DNA of 64,000 nt from Bacilli bacterium (GCA_017515795.1 JAFWEE010000008.1:6549-70548), one strand, 5' to 3'. Shown: positions 1 through 10,534, counted from the stretch's first letter. Program-made: numbers and translations. Notes: a model not told the origin generated them from the sequence alone.

Positions 1-1
1 A

Positions 2-70
2 ATTGCTATTAAGAATTCTAAGTCAATTACGGAGAAAGTTGGAAAGGTTATTCATATATTTAAAAAATAA
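2..70 (+). CDS. 3' end of an upstream CDS (partial, product unknown)
   Basis: Frame 2 is open from the window edge (...IAIKNSKSITEKVGKVIHIFKK*) to TAA at 68-70 and is followed at once by a hairpin plus T-run. Confidence 0.4.
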   Translation: MAIKNSKSITEKVGKVIHIFKK

Positions 71-91
71 AGAAGTTTTACTTCTTTTTTT
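70..91 (+). terminator. Rho-independent terminator
   Basis: AAGAAG (70-75) / CTTCTT (81-86) hairpin followed by a T-run. Confidence 0.6.
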
Positions 92-93
92 AT

Positions 94-121
94 TTGCAAA
101 AGATTAAAAAAGTGCTATAAT
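94..121 (+). promoter_or_regulatory. sigma-A type promoter of typA
   Basis: TTGCAA (94-99), 16-nt spacer, TGcTATAAT extended -10 (113-121), 33 nt upstream of the typA start. Confidence 0.6.
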
Positions 122-154
122 ATCATAGACTTTGAAAAAAGGGGATGTGTATTT

Positions 155-1975
155 ATGGAAATTAGAAATGTTGCAATTATTGCGCACGTTGACCATGGTA
201 AAACAACTTTAGTAGATAAATTATTAAAAGAATCTAATACATTTAGGGAAAATGAAGTAGTAGCAGAAAGAGCTATGGACTCTAATGATATTGAAAGAGA
301 AAGAGGTATTACTATTTTAGCTAAACCTACTTCAGTTAAGTATAAGGATTATAAGATTAATATCTTAGATACTCCTGGACATGCTGATTTTGGTGGAGAA
401 GTAGAAAGAATCATGCACATGGTAGATGGTGCTATTCTTTTAGTTGATGCTTATGAAGGAGTTATGCCTCAAACTAAATTCGTATTAAAGAAGGCATTAG
501 ATGCTAATTTAAAGATTATAGTAGTTGTTAATAAAGTAGATAAACCAACTTCGAGAATTAATGAAGTAGTAGAAGAAGTATTAGAACTTCTTATGGAACT
601 TGGTGCTACTGATGAACAATTAGACTTTAAAGTAGCTTATGCTTCTGCAGTTAATGGAACTTGTTCATTAGATCCAGATATAACTACTCAAAAAGAAACT
701 ATGGAACCTATATTTGATTTAATAGTAAATGAAGTACCTGCTCCAAAAGTAGAAGAAGGTGCATTTAGATTCCAACCTGCATTATTAGATTATAATGACT
801 ATGTAGGAAGAATTGGTATTGGTACTATTAATAGAGGTTCTGTTAAAGTTAATGAAATGGTTTCTTGTGTTAGATTAGATGGATCTATTAAAAAATTTAG
901 AATCCAAAAATTATTTAGTTATTATGGTTTAAAAAGATTAGAAGTAGAAGAAGCTCATGCTGGTGATGTAATTGCTATAGCAGGACTATCTGACATAGAA
1001 GTTGGAGAAACTATATGTGCTGAAGGTCATGAAGAAGCTTTACCTAAACTAAGAATTGATGAGCCAACACTTCAAATGACATTTGGAGTTAATTCATCAC
1101 CATTTGTAGGTAAAGAAGGTAAGTTTGTAACTGCTACTAAGATTAGAGAAAGATTATATAAACAAGCAGAATCTGACGTTGCTTTAAAAATAAGAGACAA
1201 CGATCAAGAAAGTTTTATAGTATTAGGAAGAGGAGAACTTCATTTATCTATTCTTATTGAAAATATGAGAAGAGAAGGCTTTGAACTTGAAGTATCTAAA
1301 CCAGAAGTTATTATAAAAGAAATAAATGGCGTTGAATGTGAACCATATGAAGATGTTTCTATTGAATGTCCTGAAGATACTGTAGGTTCCATTATTGAAG
1401 CTTTAGGTCTTAGAGGTGGAACAATGGAAACAATGACTAATTTACCTGGAGTAGTTAAACTAAATTATACTGTTCCATCTAGAGGGTTAATTGGTTTTAC
1501 AACAGACTTTATGACTATGACTAAAGGATATGGTATCTTAAATCATACATTTAAAGAATATCTTCCAAAACAATCTCAAACAGTAGGAGAAAGAAAACTT
1601 GGAGTATTAGTTTCTATGGAAAATGGTGCTGCAACTGCATATGCTCTTGGTCAATTAGAAGATAGAGGTATCATGTTTATTGAACCTGGTACTGATGTTT
1701 ATGAAGGTATGATTGTCGGAGAAGCTAATAAAGATGCTGACCTTGCTGTAAACGTTGTTAAAGGTAAGAACTTAACTAATACAAGAAGTGCTGGTAAAGA
1801 TCATACAGTGGTACTTAAAAGACCTAAAGTATTATCTTTAGAATCTGCACTTGAATATATTAACAATGATGAACTAGTTGAAATAACTCCAGTAAGTTTT
1901 AGATTAAGAAAGAAAATCCTTAATACTGAAGAAAGAAAGAAATATGATGCTAGAATAAGAAATGAGCAAAAATAA
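155..1975 (+). CDS. typA: Translational GTPase TypA/BipA
   Basis: 606 aa; G1 AHVDHGKTT, G3 DTPGHADF, G4 NKVD; EF-G-like domain order; RBS GGGGA upstream. Confidence 0.95.
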   Translation: MEIRNVAIIAHVDHGKTTLVDKLLKESNTFRENEVVAERAMDSNDIERERGITILAKPTSVKYKDYKINILDTPGHADFGGEVERIMHMVDGAILLVDAYEGVMPQTKFVLKKALDANLKIIVVVNKVDKPTSRINEVVEEVLELLMELGATDEQLDFKVAYASAVNGTCSLDPDITTQKETMEPIFDLIVNEVPAPKVEEGAFRFQPALLDYNDYVGRIGIGTINRGSVKVNEMVSCVRLDGSIKKFRIQKLFSYYGLKRLEVEEAHAGDVIAIAGLSDIEVGETICAEGHEEALPKLRIDEPTLQMTFGVNSSPFVGKEGKFVTATKIRERLYKQAESDVALKIRDNDQESFIVLGRGELHLSILIENMRREGFELEVSKPEVIIKEINGVECEPYEDVSIECPEDTVGSIIEALGLRGGTMETMTNLPGVVKLNYTVPSRGLIGFTTDFMTMTKGYGILNHTFKEYLPKQSQTVGERKLGVLVSMENGAATAYALGQLEDRGIMFIEPGTDVYEGMIVGEANKDADLAVNVVKGKNLTNTRSAGKDHTVVLKRPKVLSLESALEYINNDELVEITPVSFRLRKKILNTEERKKYDARIRNEQK

Positions 1976-1988
1976 TGCTCATTTTTTT
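1962..1988 (+). terminator. Rho-independent terminator of typA
   Basis: ATGAGCA / TGCTCAT hairpin spanning the stop codon, then T7. Confidence 0.6.
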
Positions 1989-2044
1989 GACAATAATATT
2001 GTTATAGTGTATTATAAATCTGCTTTTAAAAAGAGGGATATATT

Positions 2045-2938
2045 ATGAATATGGTAAAAAAAATCTATGATTTAAAAAATAGTGAAATAGATTCATTTAT
2101 TAAAAAAAGATTATCAGAACTTAGTAATAATGAAAGTGTAACTGTTGGTATTAATTCTGATAATTATATGTATAGTGGTTTTTTTGATGAAAATGTTAGA
2201 ATTAATACTACTATGCGTGTAAAGGGGAAAGGCAGTAAAACAGTATTAAAGTTAGGTGGAATTTGTATAAATGATATTAATATATATAAATACTTAGTTT
2301 GTGCATGTAAAATAGTTAATAATCCATATCTAGCAGTCTCTATGGCTTTAGATAAGTATTTATATTTAAGTGATCCTGTTAGAGATAGATTAGGTTCTGA
2401 AGGAATAGAATTCTATAGATCAAGAATTATGAATTTCTTTTTAGGTAAAAATAAGTGTGCTCCAATAAATCTATTAAGAAAAACAAAAGTTAGTTTATGT
2501 TCTGAAATATCTGCTGTAGCACAAAATATGTTTAGATTTTTAGATATTGAATCAGATTTTGTAACTGGAATATCTGATGATATTCATCATGCATATAATA
2601 TAGTTTATCCAAGAGGAAGACAAAAAGATGCTATTTTATTTGAAGGGAATCATGCAGTTGATAGTGATCCATTATTCTTTTATTTAGATCAAAAAAAGAA
2701 AACAAAATTATATATGGGTGAACCTGTTGAATTTACTGAAGAAGACCATTACAAGGGATTTAAATATTTATTTGGAGAAAGAATTGAAAGCTATGAACCG
2801 TTTAAATTAAGTTATCGTATTCATAAAGTAACTTTTGTTCCAGGAGGATATGAATATTCTAATGTTCAAGATATGAACAAAGGTAAGTTAATTTTTAGAA
2901 ATTATTATAAAGGGAAACAAAAAATAGAAAAGAAATAG
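2045..2938 (+). CDS. Hypothetical protein, possible transglutaminase/papain-like Cys-His-Asp fold
   Basis: 297 aa; RBS AGAGGGA; ordered SLCSE ... HHAYNIVY ... D residues resemble a transglutaminase-like core. No family recognised with certainty. Confidence 0.6.
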   Translation: MNMVKKIYDLKNSEIDSFIKKRLSELSNNESVTVGINSDNYMYSGFFDENVRINTTMRVKGKGSKTVLKLGGICINDINIYKYLVCACKIVNNPYLAVSMALDKYLYLSDPVRDRLGSEGIEFYRSRIMNFFLGKNKCAPINLLRKTKVSLCSEISAVAQNMFRFLDIESDFVTGISDDIHHAYNIVYPRGRQKDAILFEGNHAVDSDPLFFYLDQKKKTKLYMGEPVEFTEEDHYKGFKYLFGERIESYEPFKLSYRIHKVTFVPGGYEYSNVQDMNKGKLIFRNYYKGKQKIEKK

Positions 2939-2949
2939 AACTAATTAAA

Positions 2950-2976
2950 ATAACTAGTAAAACTAGTTATTTTTTT
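2950..2976 (+). terminator. Rho-independent terminator
   Basis: ATAACTAGT / ACTAGTTAT 9-bp hairpin followed by T7. Confidence 0.7.
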
Positions 2977-3001
2977 GTTATAATTATAGTAGGTGATTGT
3001 G

Positions 3002-6000
3002 ATGAGTGAATATAAAGTAATTGATGGTAATTATGCTTGTTCTCATATTTCATATTTGTTTACTGAAGTAGCAGGTATATATCCTATAACTCCTTCATCT
3101 AAAATGCCTGAATTAATAGAAAAATGGGCTATAGAGGGAAGACTTAATTTATTTGATAATAAAGTTAAATTAAAAGAAATGCAAAGTGAAGCGGGAGCTG
3201 CTGCACTTATTCATGGGTCTTTATTATCTGGATCACTATCAAGTACTTATACATCATCACAAGGTCTTTTATTAATGATTCCAGAAATGTATAAAATAGC
3301 AGGAGAATTACTTCCTTGCGTAATAAATGTAGCTTCTAGAACAGTAGCTACCCATGCATTATCTATTTTTGGAGATCACTCAGATATATATGCTGTTAGA
3401 AGTACTGGTTTTGCTATTATGGCATCTTCTTCAGTTAATGATGTTCAATATATGACATTATTATCTTATTTAAGTTCTATAGAGGGTTCAGTTCCATTTG
3501 TTAATTTCTTTGATGGATTTAGAACTTCTCATGAACTTAATAAAGTTAAATTATTAGATTATGAAGAAATAAAACCTCTAATTAATTATGAAAAGATAGA
3601 AGGTTTTAAAAATGAAACATTATTATCTTCTAAAATTATTAAGGGAACTGCTCAAAATGAAGATATATATTTTCAAAATCTAGAAGTAAGAAATGATTAT
3701 TATGAAGATTTACCTGATATAGTAAATAGTAAAATGAAAGAGGTTAATAAAGCATTTAATACTGATTATAAACCATTTAATTATTATGGAGATCCAAATG
3801 CTAAAAGAGTAATAGTAGCTATGGGATCTGTATGTGATACTATTAAAGAAGCAATTAAATATTCTGAAGAAAAATTAGGTTTAATAGAAGTTCATTTATT
3901 TAGACCATTTTCTGAAAAATATTTCTTAGATGTACTTCCTAAACCATGTACTAGAATAGCAGTTCTAGAAAGATACAAAGAAACTACTTCTAGAGAAGCT
4001 ATGTATCTTGATATTAATAATATTATTAAGAATAATAAATTAGATATAGAAGTAGTTGGAGGAAGATATGGAATATCTTCTAAAAATACTAATATAAATG
4101 ATATATTGTCTGTATATGATAATTTAGGATCTAGTAATATAAAAGATGACTTTACTATAGGTATATTAGATGATGTATCTAATAAGAGTTTACCTAAGAA
4201 TAATTCTATTATTCCAAATTCTAATATAGAAATGATTATATATGGATATGGTTCTGATGGAATGAATACTGCTTCTAAAAATTTAGTCACTTTAGTTGGA
4301 GAAAATACTGATTTATTTGTTCAAGAATATGGTTTATATGATTCAAGAAAGAGTGGAGGAGTAACTAGAGAACATATTAGAATTGGTAAAGAAGAAATAA
4401 AGAGTCCATATTATATAGAGAATCCTCATATAGTAGTATGTTCTAATGATAGTTATTTAAAACAATATGATGTTTTAAGTAATATTAAAGAAAACGGTAT
4501 ATTTATATTAAATACATCTAAAACTATTGATGAAATAGATGATAATACTAAGGCTGCTATATTAAAGAAGAAACTTAGATTCTTTACTATAGATGCATCT
4601 AAGATAGCTAAAGATAATAATATACCAGGTAAGATTAGTTATATTATGGAAGCTGCTATTATTAAGATAATTAAGATATATCCTTATGAAAAAGCTTTAG
4701 AAGAAATAATTAAATCTATAGAAAGTAATTTATCTTCTAAAGGAGAAGATATAGTTAATAGTAATATTGCTTCTATTATGATGGTAGATACTTCTATTAA
4801 TACATTAGAAATAGAATCTTGTGATTCTATATATGAAGAAAAAAGTTATGAAGGATTAATTAATAATGTTCTTCATTTAAAAGGAGATACTTTACCTGTA
4901 TCAGAATTCCTTATACATGATAATGGTACTTATGATATTAATACATCTAAAATAGAAAAAAGAGATGTTTCTAGTATTTTGCCTTGTTGGAATTCAGATA
5001 AGTGTATATCATGTAATAAATGTTCTTTAGTGTGTCCTCATGGAGTAATTAAACCTAAATTACTTACAGAAGATGAACTTAGAAATAATCCTAATATTAA
5101 ATATAGACCAGTTCCAGGAAAAGATTTATATTTTGCAATGGAATTTAGTTATGAAGACTGTCTTGGATGTTCTCTTTGTTCATCAGTATGTCCTACTAAA
5201 GCAATAGAAATGAACTCTAAGAATGGATTTAATAGGGTAAATGAGAAGATTTCTAAAGTAACTAAGAAGAATGTGTTTCCTAAATATTCTTCTATGCAAA
5301 TATCCTATAATAAGCCTTTATTTAAATATAGTGGAGCTTGTGCTGGATGCGGAGAAGCACCATATATTAAATTACTAACTCAAGTTGTTGGAGAAGGTAT
5401 GGTTATTGCTAATGCTACTGGATGTTCTTCTATTTATGGAGGATCATCTCCAACTAGTCCTTATAGTGTATCTTGGGCTAATTCTTTATTTGAAGATAAT
5501 GCTGAATTTGGTCTTGGTATTAGAGTAGCAGAAGACATTAATAGAAAAAAGATTATTAAAATTATGAAAGATAACATGGATAATGTTTCTACTAAGAATA
5601 AAGAATTATTTAGAAGATATATAGATGATCCAAATAATTATAAAAATAGTGTAATAATAAAAGATAATATAGATTATGATGAAGTTAAAGAATTACTTCC
5701 ATTAAAGGAATATATTCCAAATAAGAGTGTTTGGATTATTGGTGGAGATGGATGGAGTTATGATATAGGATTCTCTGGTATAGATCATGTAATAGCATCT
5801 AATGAGAATGTAAATATATTAGTATTAGATAATGAATTATATTCTAATACTGGAGGTCAAACATCTAAGTCATCTAATAAAGCATCTATTAGTAAATTTA
5901 GTTCTAAAGGAAAGAAAACAAGTAAAAAAGATCTTGCTAAAATATTTATGAACTATGATAATGTATATGTTGCACAAGTATGTTTAGGAGCTAATATAGA

Positions 6001-6382
6001 AAGTACTATAAGTGCATTTAAAGAAGCAAATGAACATATAGGACCATCTATAATAATTGCTTATGCTCCATGTATATTACATGGTATTAAGGGTGGTATG
6101 AAGAACTCTTTAGAAGAAGAAAAACTAATAGTTAAATCAGGATATTTTCCTATATTTAGATATAATAAATCTAAAAATGAATTTAAACTAGATTATAAAA
6201 ACGTAGACTTTAATCTATATACTGAAGTATTAAAGAATGAAACTAGATATAAGATGATAGCAGAAGTAAATCCTAAGAATGCAAAAAGACTATTAATAGA
6301 TAATATTAATAGTGCTAGAGAAAGATTTAATTATTATTTAGATTTAGAAAATAAATTAACCGAAGAGGTAATAGAGGACTAA
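3002..6382 (+). CDS. nifJ: Pyruvate:ferredoxin (flavodoxin) oxidoreductase
   Basis: Two ferredoxin motifs (CISCNKCSLVCPHG, CLGCSLCSSVCPTKA), GACAGCGE, TPP-binding GGDGWSYDIGFSG. ATG at 3002 is preferred over GTG at 2993 because AGGTGA lies 5 nt upstream. Confidence 0.93.
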   Translation: MSEYKVIDGNYACSHISYLFTEVAGIYPITPSSKMPELIEKWAIEGRLNLFDNKVKLKEMQSEAGAAALIHGSLLSGSLSSTYTSSQGLLLMIPEMYKIAGELLPCVINVASRTVATHALSIFGDHSDIYAVRSTGFAIMASSSVNDVQYMTLLSYLSSIEGSVPFVNFFDGFRTSHELNKVKLLDYEEIKPLINYEKIEGFKNETLLSSKIIKGTAQNEDIYFQNLEVRNDYYEDLPDIVNSKMKEVNKAFNTDYKPFNYYGDPNAKRVIVAMGSVCDTIKEAIKYSEEKLGLIEVHLFRPFSEKYFLDVLPKPCTRIAVLERYKETTSREAMYLDINNIIKNNKLDIEVVGGRYGISSKNTNINDILSVYDNLGSSNIKDDFTIGILDDVSNKSLPKNNSIIPNSNIEMIIYGYGSDGMNTASKNLVTLVGENTDLFVQEYGLYDSRKSGGVTREHIRIGKEEIKSPYYIENPHIVVCSNDSYLKQYDVLSNIKENGIFILNTSKTIDEIDDNTKAAILKKKLRFFTIDASKIAKDNNIPGKISYIMEAAIIKIIKIYPYEKALEEIIKSIESNLSSKGEDIVNSNIASIMMVDTSINTLEIESCDSIYEEKSYEGLINNVLHLKGDTLPVSEFLIHDNGTYDINTSKIEKRDVSSILPCWNSDKCISCNKCSLVCPHGVIKPKLLTEDELRNNPNIKYRPVPGKDLYFAMEFSYEDCLGCSLCSSVCPTKAIEMNSKNGFNRVNEKISKVTKKNVFPKYSSMQISYNKPLFKYSGACAGCGEAPYIKLLTQVVGEGMVIANATGCSSIYGGSSPTSPYSVSWANSLFEDNAEFGLGIRVAEDINRKKIIKIMKDNMDNVSTKNKELFRRYIDDPNNYKNSVIIKDNIDYDEVKELLPLKEYIPNKSVWIIGGDGWSYDIGFSGIDHVIASNENVNILVLDNELYSNTGGQTSKSSNKASISKFSSKGKKTSKKDLAKIFMNYDNVYVAQVCLGANIESTISAFKEANEHIGPSIIIAYAPCILHGIKGGMKNSLEEEKLIVKSGYFPIFRYNKSKNEFKLDYKNVDFNLYTEVLKNETRYKMIAEVNPKNAKRLLIDNINSARERFNYYLDLENKLTEEVIED

Positions 6383-6384
6383 TT

Positions 6385-7185
6385 ATGGAATATTATATTT
6401 ATAAGACTTCTAGAGAAAAAGAAGATATTTTAAAAGAAATATATAACGTAAGAAGATTTATATATAATGATGATGATATTTCTTGTTTAGATGGTAGAAT
6501 TAAATTTATTCCTTTTTCAGAAGTACAAGAAGATAGAAGTTTAATAACATCTATTAAAAAGAATTATGGAGAAGTAATTACTCGTTTTGACCAAGGAATA
6601 ACATATTTTAAATGTTATGATGATAGAAAAGAAACTGCTATTAAATTTTTTAAAGAATCATTATTATTTAATATGATGTATTATAATTCAGGAGATAATA
6701 ATTCTTTAGATTTTCCAATATTTTATAGTTATATATATTCATTAATAGAAAGTAAATATCTAGAAAAAAGTAGAAGTGATTCTTTTTCTAATTCTTTAGC
6801 AGAACTAGGTATATTTGCTTTTTCTACCGACTATGATAAGAATATTAATAATGATTTAGTTAATGCTGCATTATATAATAGAAATAGTATAAAAGATATA
6901 TATGAAGATACTATGGGTAAAAATACTTATGATAGATTTAGTGATTTATGTAAAAAGTTTTCTTTAGAATTAGATTATCCATCAAGTATGGAAGATAATC
7001 ATTTTTATAGTATTATAGAAACATTAAAGAAATTCTTTTATTTAAGAGTAGATAATATGAAAAAATTATCTTTAAATGAAAGAAATTCAATGATTATTCA
7101 ATTTAATGATGAATATAGTAAATTAGTAAATAAATTTGAAGAAGAAAAAGATGACTTTAGAAGACAAAAACCAATTCAATTATAA
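6385..7185 (+). CDS. Hypothetical protein, apparently co-transcribed with PFOR
   Basis: 266 aa ORF starting 2 nt after the PFOR stop; RBS AGAGGA lies inside the PFOR 3' end; no recognisable motif. Confidence 0.6.
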   Translation: MEYYIYKTSREKEDILKEIYNVRRFIYNDDDISCLDGRIKFIPFSEVQEDRSLITSIKKNYGEVITRFDQGITYFKCYDDRKETAIKFFKESLLFNMMYYNSGDNNSLDFPIFYSYIYSLIESKYLEKSRSDSFSNSLAELGIFAFSTDYDKNINNDLVNAALYNRNSIKDIYEDTMGKNTYDRFSDLCKKFSLELDYPSSMEDNHFYSIIETLKKFFYLRVDNMKKLSLNERNSMIIQFNDEYSKLVNKFEEEKDDFRRQKPIQL

Positions 7186-7212
7186 AAAAAGAAGACTTAT
7201 GTCTTCTTTTTA
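7185..7212. terminator. Bidirectional terminator between convergent genes
   Basis: AAAAGAAGAC (7187-7196) / GTCTTCTTTT (7201-7210) hairpin flanked by an A-run and a T-run; overlaps the ackA stop. Confidence 0.7.
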
Positions 7213-8388
7213 TTTTGTTAATTTTTCAGTTTCTAATGCAATCATTAATTCTTCATTTGTAGGAACTACCCAAACTTCAATTGATGAATCATCTGATGAA
7301 ATCTTTTCTTCTTCAGCTTTTACTTTATTCTTTTCTAAATCTAGTTTAACACCAAAGCAAGATAAGTATTTACAAATTTCTTCTCTTGAATAGTTTCCTC
7401 TTTCGCCAATACCACCAGCGAATGTGATTACATCACATCCTCCAAGTGCTACCATATAAGATGCTATATATTGAGCAACTTTATAATGGAATATATCTAA
7501 AGCAAGTTTAGCTTGAGTATTACCACTCGCCATTGCTTCTTCTAAATCTCTATCATCTGCAGATAATTGAGATATACCTTTTTTACCAGATTCCTTGTTA
7601 ATAATAACATTCATTTCTTCTGGAGTAAGATTCTCTTCTTTCATGATAAATGTTATAACTGATGGATCTATATCACCAGTTCTAGATCCCATTGGAATAC
7701 CAGCAGCAGGAGTAAATCCCATAGATGTATCTACACATATACCTTTATTAATAGCACAAAGAGAAGCTCCTTGTCCTAAGTGACAGTTAATAACTTTTAA
7801 ATCATTATTTCCTTTAATTTCAGCTATTCTTTTAGAAACATATTCATGTGATATACCATGAGCACCATATTTTCTAATACCATATTTTTCATAGTATTCA
7901 TATGGAATAGGGTATATATATTGAGTTTCTTTCATTGTTTGATGGAAACCTGTATCAAAACATACAACAGACTTTACACCAGGAAGTATTTCATTAACAG
8001 CTTCAATACCTGCTATAGCAGCAGGATTATGAAGTGGTGCTAAATGAATAACATCTTTTAATCCATTAATAACAGTTTCATCAACAAGTTGTGGCTTAAC
8101 AAACTTACTACCACCATGAACAATTCTATGTCCAACTGCATTAATTTCTTTTTCTCCTTTTAATACTAATTCATTTAATTTTTCAATAATGAACTCTAAT
8201 GCTTCAGTATGATTTTTAGCAGGATGTTCAAATTCTTCCTTATTACCATCATACTTAATACCTAAAAATGATTGTTCTTCATCTCCAATTCTCTCAAAGT
8301 TACCTGAACCTAATACTTCTTTAGTATTTGTATCAATAACTTGGAACTTTAAAGAAGATGAACCAGCATTTAATACTAATATATTCAT
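7210..8388 (-). CDS. ackA: Acetate kinase
   Basis: 392 aa; N-terminal ILVLNAGSSSLKFQV signature; full-length ASKHA fold pattern. Confidence 0.95.
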   Translation of the reverse strand: MNILVLNAGSSSLKFQVIDTNTKEVLGSGNFERIGDEEQSFLGIKYDGNKEEFEHPAKNHTEALEFIIEKLNELVLKGEKEINAVGHRIVHGGSKFVKPQLVDETVINGLKDVIHLAPLHNPAAIAGIEAVNEILPGVKSVVCFDTGFHQTMKETQYIYPIPYEYYEKYGIRKYGAHGISHEYVSKRIAEIKGNNDLKVINCHLGQGASLCAINKGICVDTSMGFTPAAGIPMGSRTGDIDPSVITFIMKEENLTPEEMNVIINKESGKKGISQLSADDRDLEEAMASGNTQAKLALDIFHYKVAQYIASYMVALGGCDVITFAGGIGERGNYSREEICKYLSCFGVKLDLEKNKVKAEEEKISSDDSSIEVWVVPTNEELMIALETEKLTK

Positions 8389-8495
8389 AATTTCCTCCTA
8401 ATAACTCCCATATTTTAGCATATATTTACAACGTTTACAATAAATATGTAAAACTATTTATATTTATGTTATAATTATTAAAGGAAGTGATTTAA

Positions 8496-9740
8496 ATGAT
8501 TCAAAGACCAAAAGGTACATATGATGTATATGGTTCTTTAGCTAAAAAACAAGACTACGTAAAAAGAATGTTTGGAGCTGTTTGTGAAAGTTATAACTTT
8601 GGTTATATAGAAACTCCAATATTTGAAAGATCTGAATTATTCCATAGAGGAGTAGGTGAAACTACCGATATAGTTACTAAAGAAACATATGACTTTCAAG
8701 ATAAAGGTGGAAGAGATATAACACTTAGACCAGAAGGAACTGCTTCTGTTGCTAGATGTGTTATCGAAGATAAATTATATACTGAGCTACCAAGGAAGTT
8801 TTATTATATAGGTCAAATGTTTAGATATGAAAGACCACAAAAGGGTAGATATAGAGAACTTAGACAAATGGGAGTAGAGTTATATGGTTCTTCTGAACCT
8901 ATAGCAGATGCTGAAGTTATCTCACTAGGAAAGAATTTCTTAGATGAACTAGGAATTGAAACTAAAGTAATTATTAATTATCTTGGTGGAGTAGAAACTA
9001 GAAAGAAATATAGAGAAGCTTTAATTAAACACTTTGAATCTAGTATTGATGATTTTTGTGAAGATTGTAAGGAAAGACTTTATAAGAATCCTTTAAGAAT
9101 ACTTGATTGTAAAGTAGATAATAATAACTCTTTAATGGAAAGTGCTCCAAGTATACTTGATTACTTATCAGAAGAAGAATCTGAAAACTTTGTTAAGATT
9201 CAAGAATATCTAAGATATTTAAATATAGACTTTGAAGTAGATACAAGACTTGTTAGAGGACTTGATTATTATAATAATATAGTATTTGAATTTAAGACTT
9301 TAGATGATGAATTTGGATCTGTTGGAGCAGGTGGTAGATATGATGGGCTTACTGCTTCACTTGATGGTCCTAGCGTTCCATCTGTAGGATTCGCATTTGG
9401 TTTAGATAGATTAGTAGATGTAATGAATAGAGATAACATAGAAGTAGAAAATAGTAATTTAGATTTATATATTATGAATGTTTCTGAAAATGAATTAATG
9501 TATTCATATAATTTAGCTCAAGATCTTAGAATGTGTGGGTTTAAAGTAGATATAGATTTACTAAATAAGAGTATGAAATCTAAATTCAAAGAAGTAGATA
9601 AATTAAATCCAAAGTATTTAATTATTATTGGAGAAGAAGAAGTTAAATCTGGTATTCTTACAGTTAAAGATAATTTAACTAAAGAAGAACAAAAGATAGA
9701 TTCTACTGAATTACTAGATTTTCTTAATGTAAACTTATAA
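8496..9740 (+). CDS. hisS: Histidine--tRNA ligase
   Basis: 414 aa; class II motifs FRYERPQKGRYREL and GAGGRYDGL; the 5' UTR is too short for a T-box. Confidence 0.95.
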   Translation: MIQRPKGTYDVYGSLAKKQDYVKRMFGAVCESYNFGYIETPIFERSELFHRGVGETTDIVTKETYDFQDKGGRDITLRPEGTASVARCVIEDKLYTELPRKFYYIGQMFRYERPQKGRYRELRQMGVELYGSSEPIADAEVISLGKNFLDELGIETKVIINYLGGVETRKKYREALIKHFESSIDDFCEDCKERLYKNPLRILDCKVDNNNSLMESAPSILDYLSEEESENFVKIQEYLRYLNIDFEVDTRLVRGLDYYNNIVFEFKTLDDEFGSVGAGGRYDGLTASLDGPSVPSVGFAFGLDRLVDVMNRDNIEVENSNLDLYIMNVSENELMYSYNLAQDLRMCGFKVDIDLLNKSMKSKFKEVDKLNPKYLIIIGEEEVKSGILTVKDNLTKEEQKIDSTELLDFLNVNL

Positions 9741-9741
9741 A

Positions 9742-9770
9742 ATCATAGATAAATAATCTATGATTTTTTT
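9742..9770 (+). terminator. Rho-independent terminator of hisS
   Basis: ATCATAGAT / ATCTATGAT 9-bp hairpin followed by T7. Confidence 0.7.
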
Positions 9771-9797
9771 GTTATAATTATTTTAGAAGGTGAATTT

Positions 9798-10532
9798 ATG
9801 AAAAAAATATTTAAAAGTTTAATTTTTATACTAATATTAACTTTATTTGTTACAGGATGTGGATCAACTATTAAAGAAGCTAAATGTGAAAGTTCTGCAG
9901 AATCTATAGCATTAAATTATTTAAAAACAAAATATAATATTGATGCTAATGTTATATCTACAAATGTTAAAATGAAGAATCAATCAACATTTTGGGATGG
10001 TACTCATATAGGTGGTGAACCTAGTGGAGAAGTTACAGTATATACAGAATATGATGGTAAATATATAGATGTAAAAGTTAACTGTTATGACAATACTGTT
10101 TTAGAAGATGATCTATATTCAGATTTTTCTTTAGATGATTATTCAAACTGTTATATGCTTGATGGAATTTATTTTTGTGATAAAGTATCAAGAAATTTAA
10201 CTCCAAATATTGAAGTAACATCTATTAACTATAATGGAATGAATTTAGATTATGAAATAGAAAGAAATAATTCTAGACAATTACTTGGTACATATCAACT
10301 AGAACATACTTCAAATAGTAGTTCATATCTAATAATATTTATACCAGCATATAAATTAAATACTGATATGTTATCTAATACAAGAATACTTATGGATAAA
10401 TATTATGAAATTAGTGGTAAATCTGAAATAGATGAAATTCAATTAGATTTAACTAAAGACAATAATTATTATGCTGGATATTATCAATTTGGTAGTGGAG
10501 TAACAACAACTACTTTTACAGTAATTAAATAA
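9798..10532 (+). CDS. Putative lipoprotein
   Basis: 244 aa; signal peptide ending in the lipobox FVTGC; no other motif. Confidence 0.75.
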   Translation: MKKIFKSLIFILILTLFVTGCGSTIKEAKCESSAESIALNYLKTKYNIDANVISTNVKMKNQSTFWDGTHIGGEPSGEVTVYTEYDGKYIDVKVNCYDNTVLEDDLYSDFSLDDYSNCYMLDGIYFCDKVSRNLTPNIEVTSINYNGMNLDYEIERNNSRQLLGTYQLEHTSNSSSYLIIFIPAYKLNTDMLSNTRILMDKYYEISGKSEIDEIQLDLTKDNNYYAGYYQFGSGVTTTTFTVIK

Positions 10533-10534
10533 AA

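Noticed and set aside
3892-4290. Antisense or alternate-frame ORFs of 60-160 aa inside long genes. Examples: 3892-4290, 7136-7393, 7595-7783, 7858-8043, 24226-24828, 26422-26688, 27453-27653, 31497-32171, 34458-34935, 35440-35622, 36404-36619, 37909-38094, 44486-44866, 47987-48181, 55495-55860, 56341-56547, 57220-57493, 59015-59224, 62263-62481
   Set aside because: Each lies inside a strongly supported conserved gene, mostly on the opposite strand, and lacks an RBS. The translations are low-complexity I/L/F/S/N-rich, as expected from chance open frames in very AT-rich DNA
8389-8495. Possible T-box leaders upstream of hisS (8389-8495) and proS (23309-23378)
   Set aside because: The spacers are only about 107 and 70 nt and contain no GGUGGNACC-like T-box sequence or antiterminator/terminator pair
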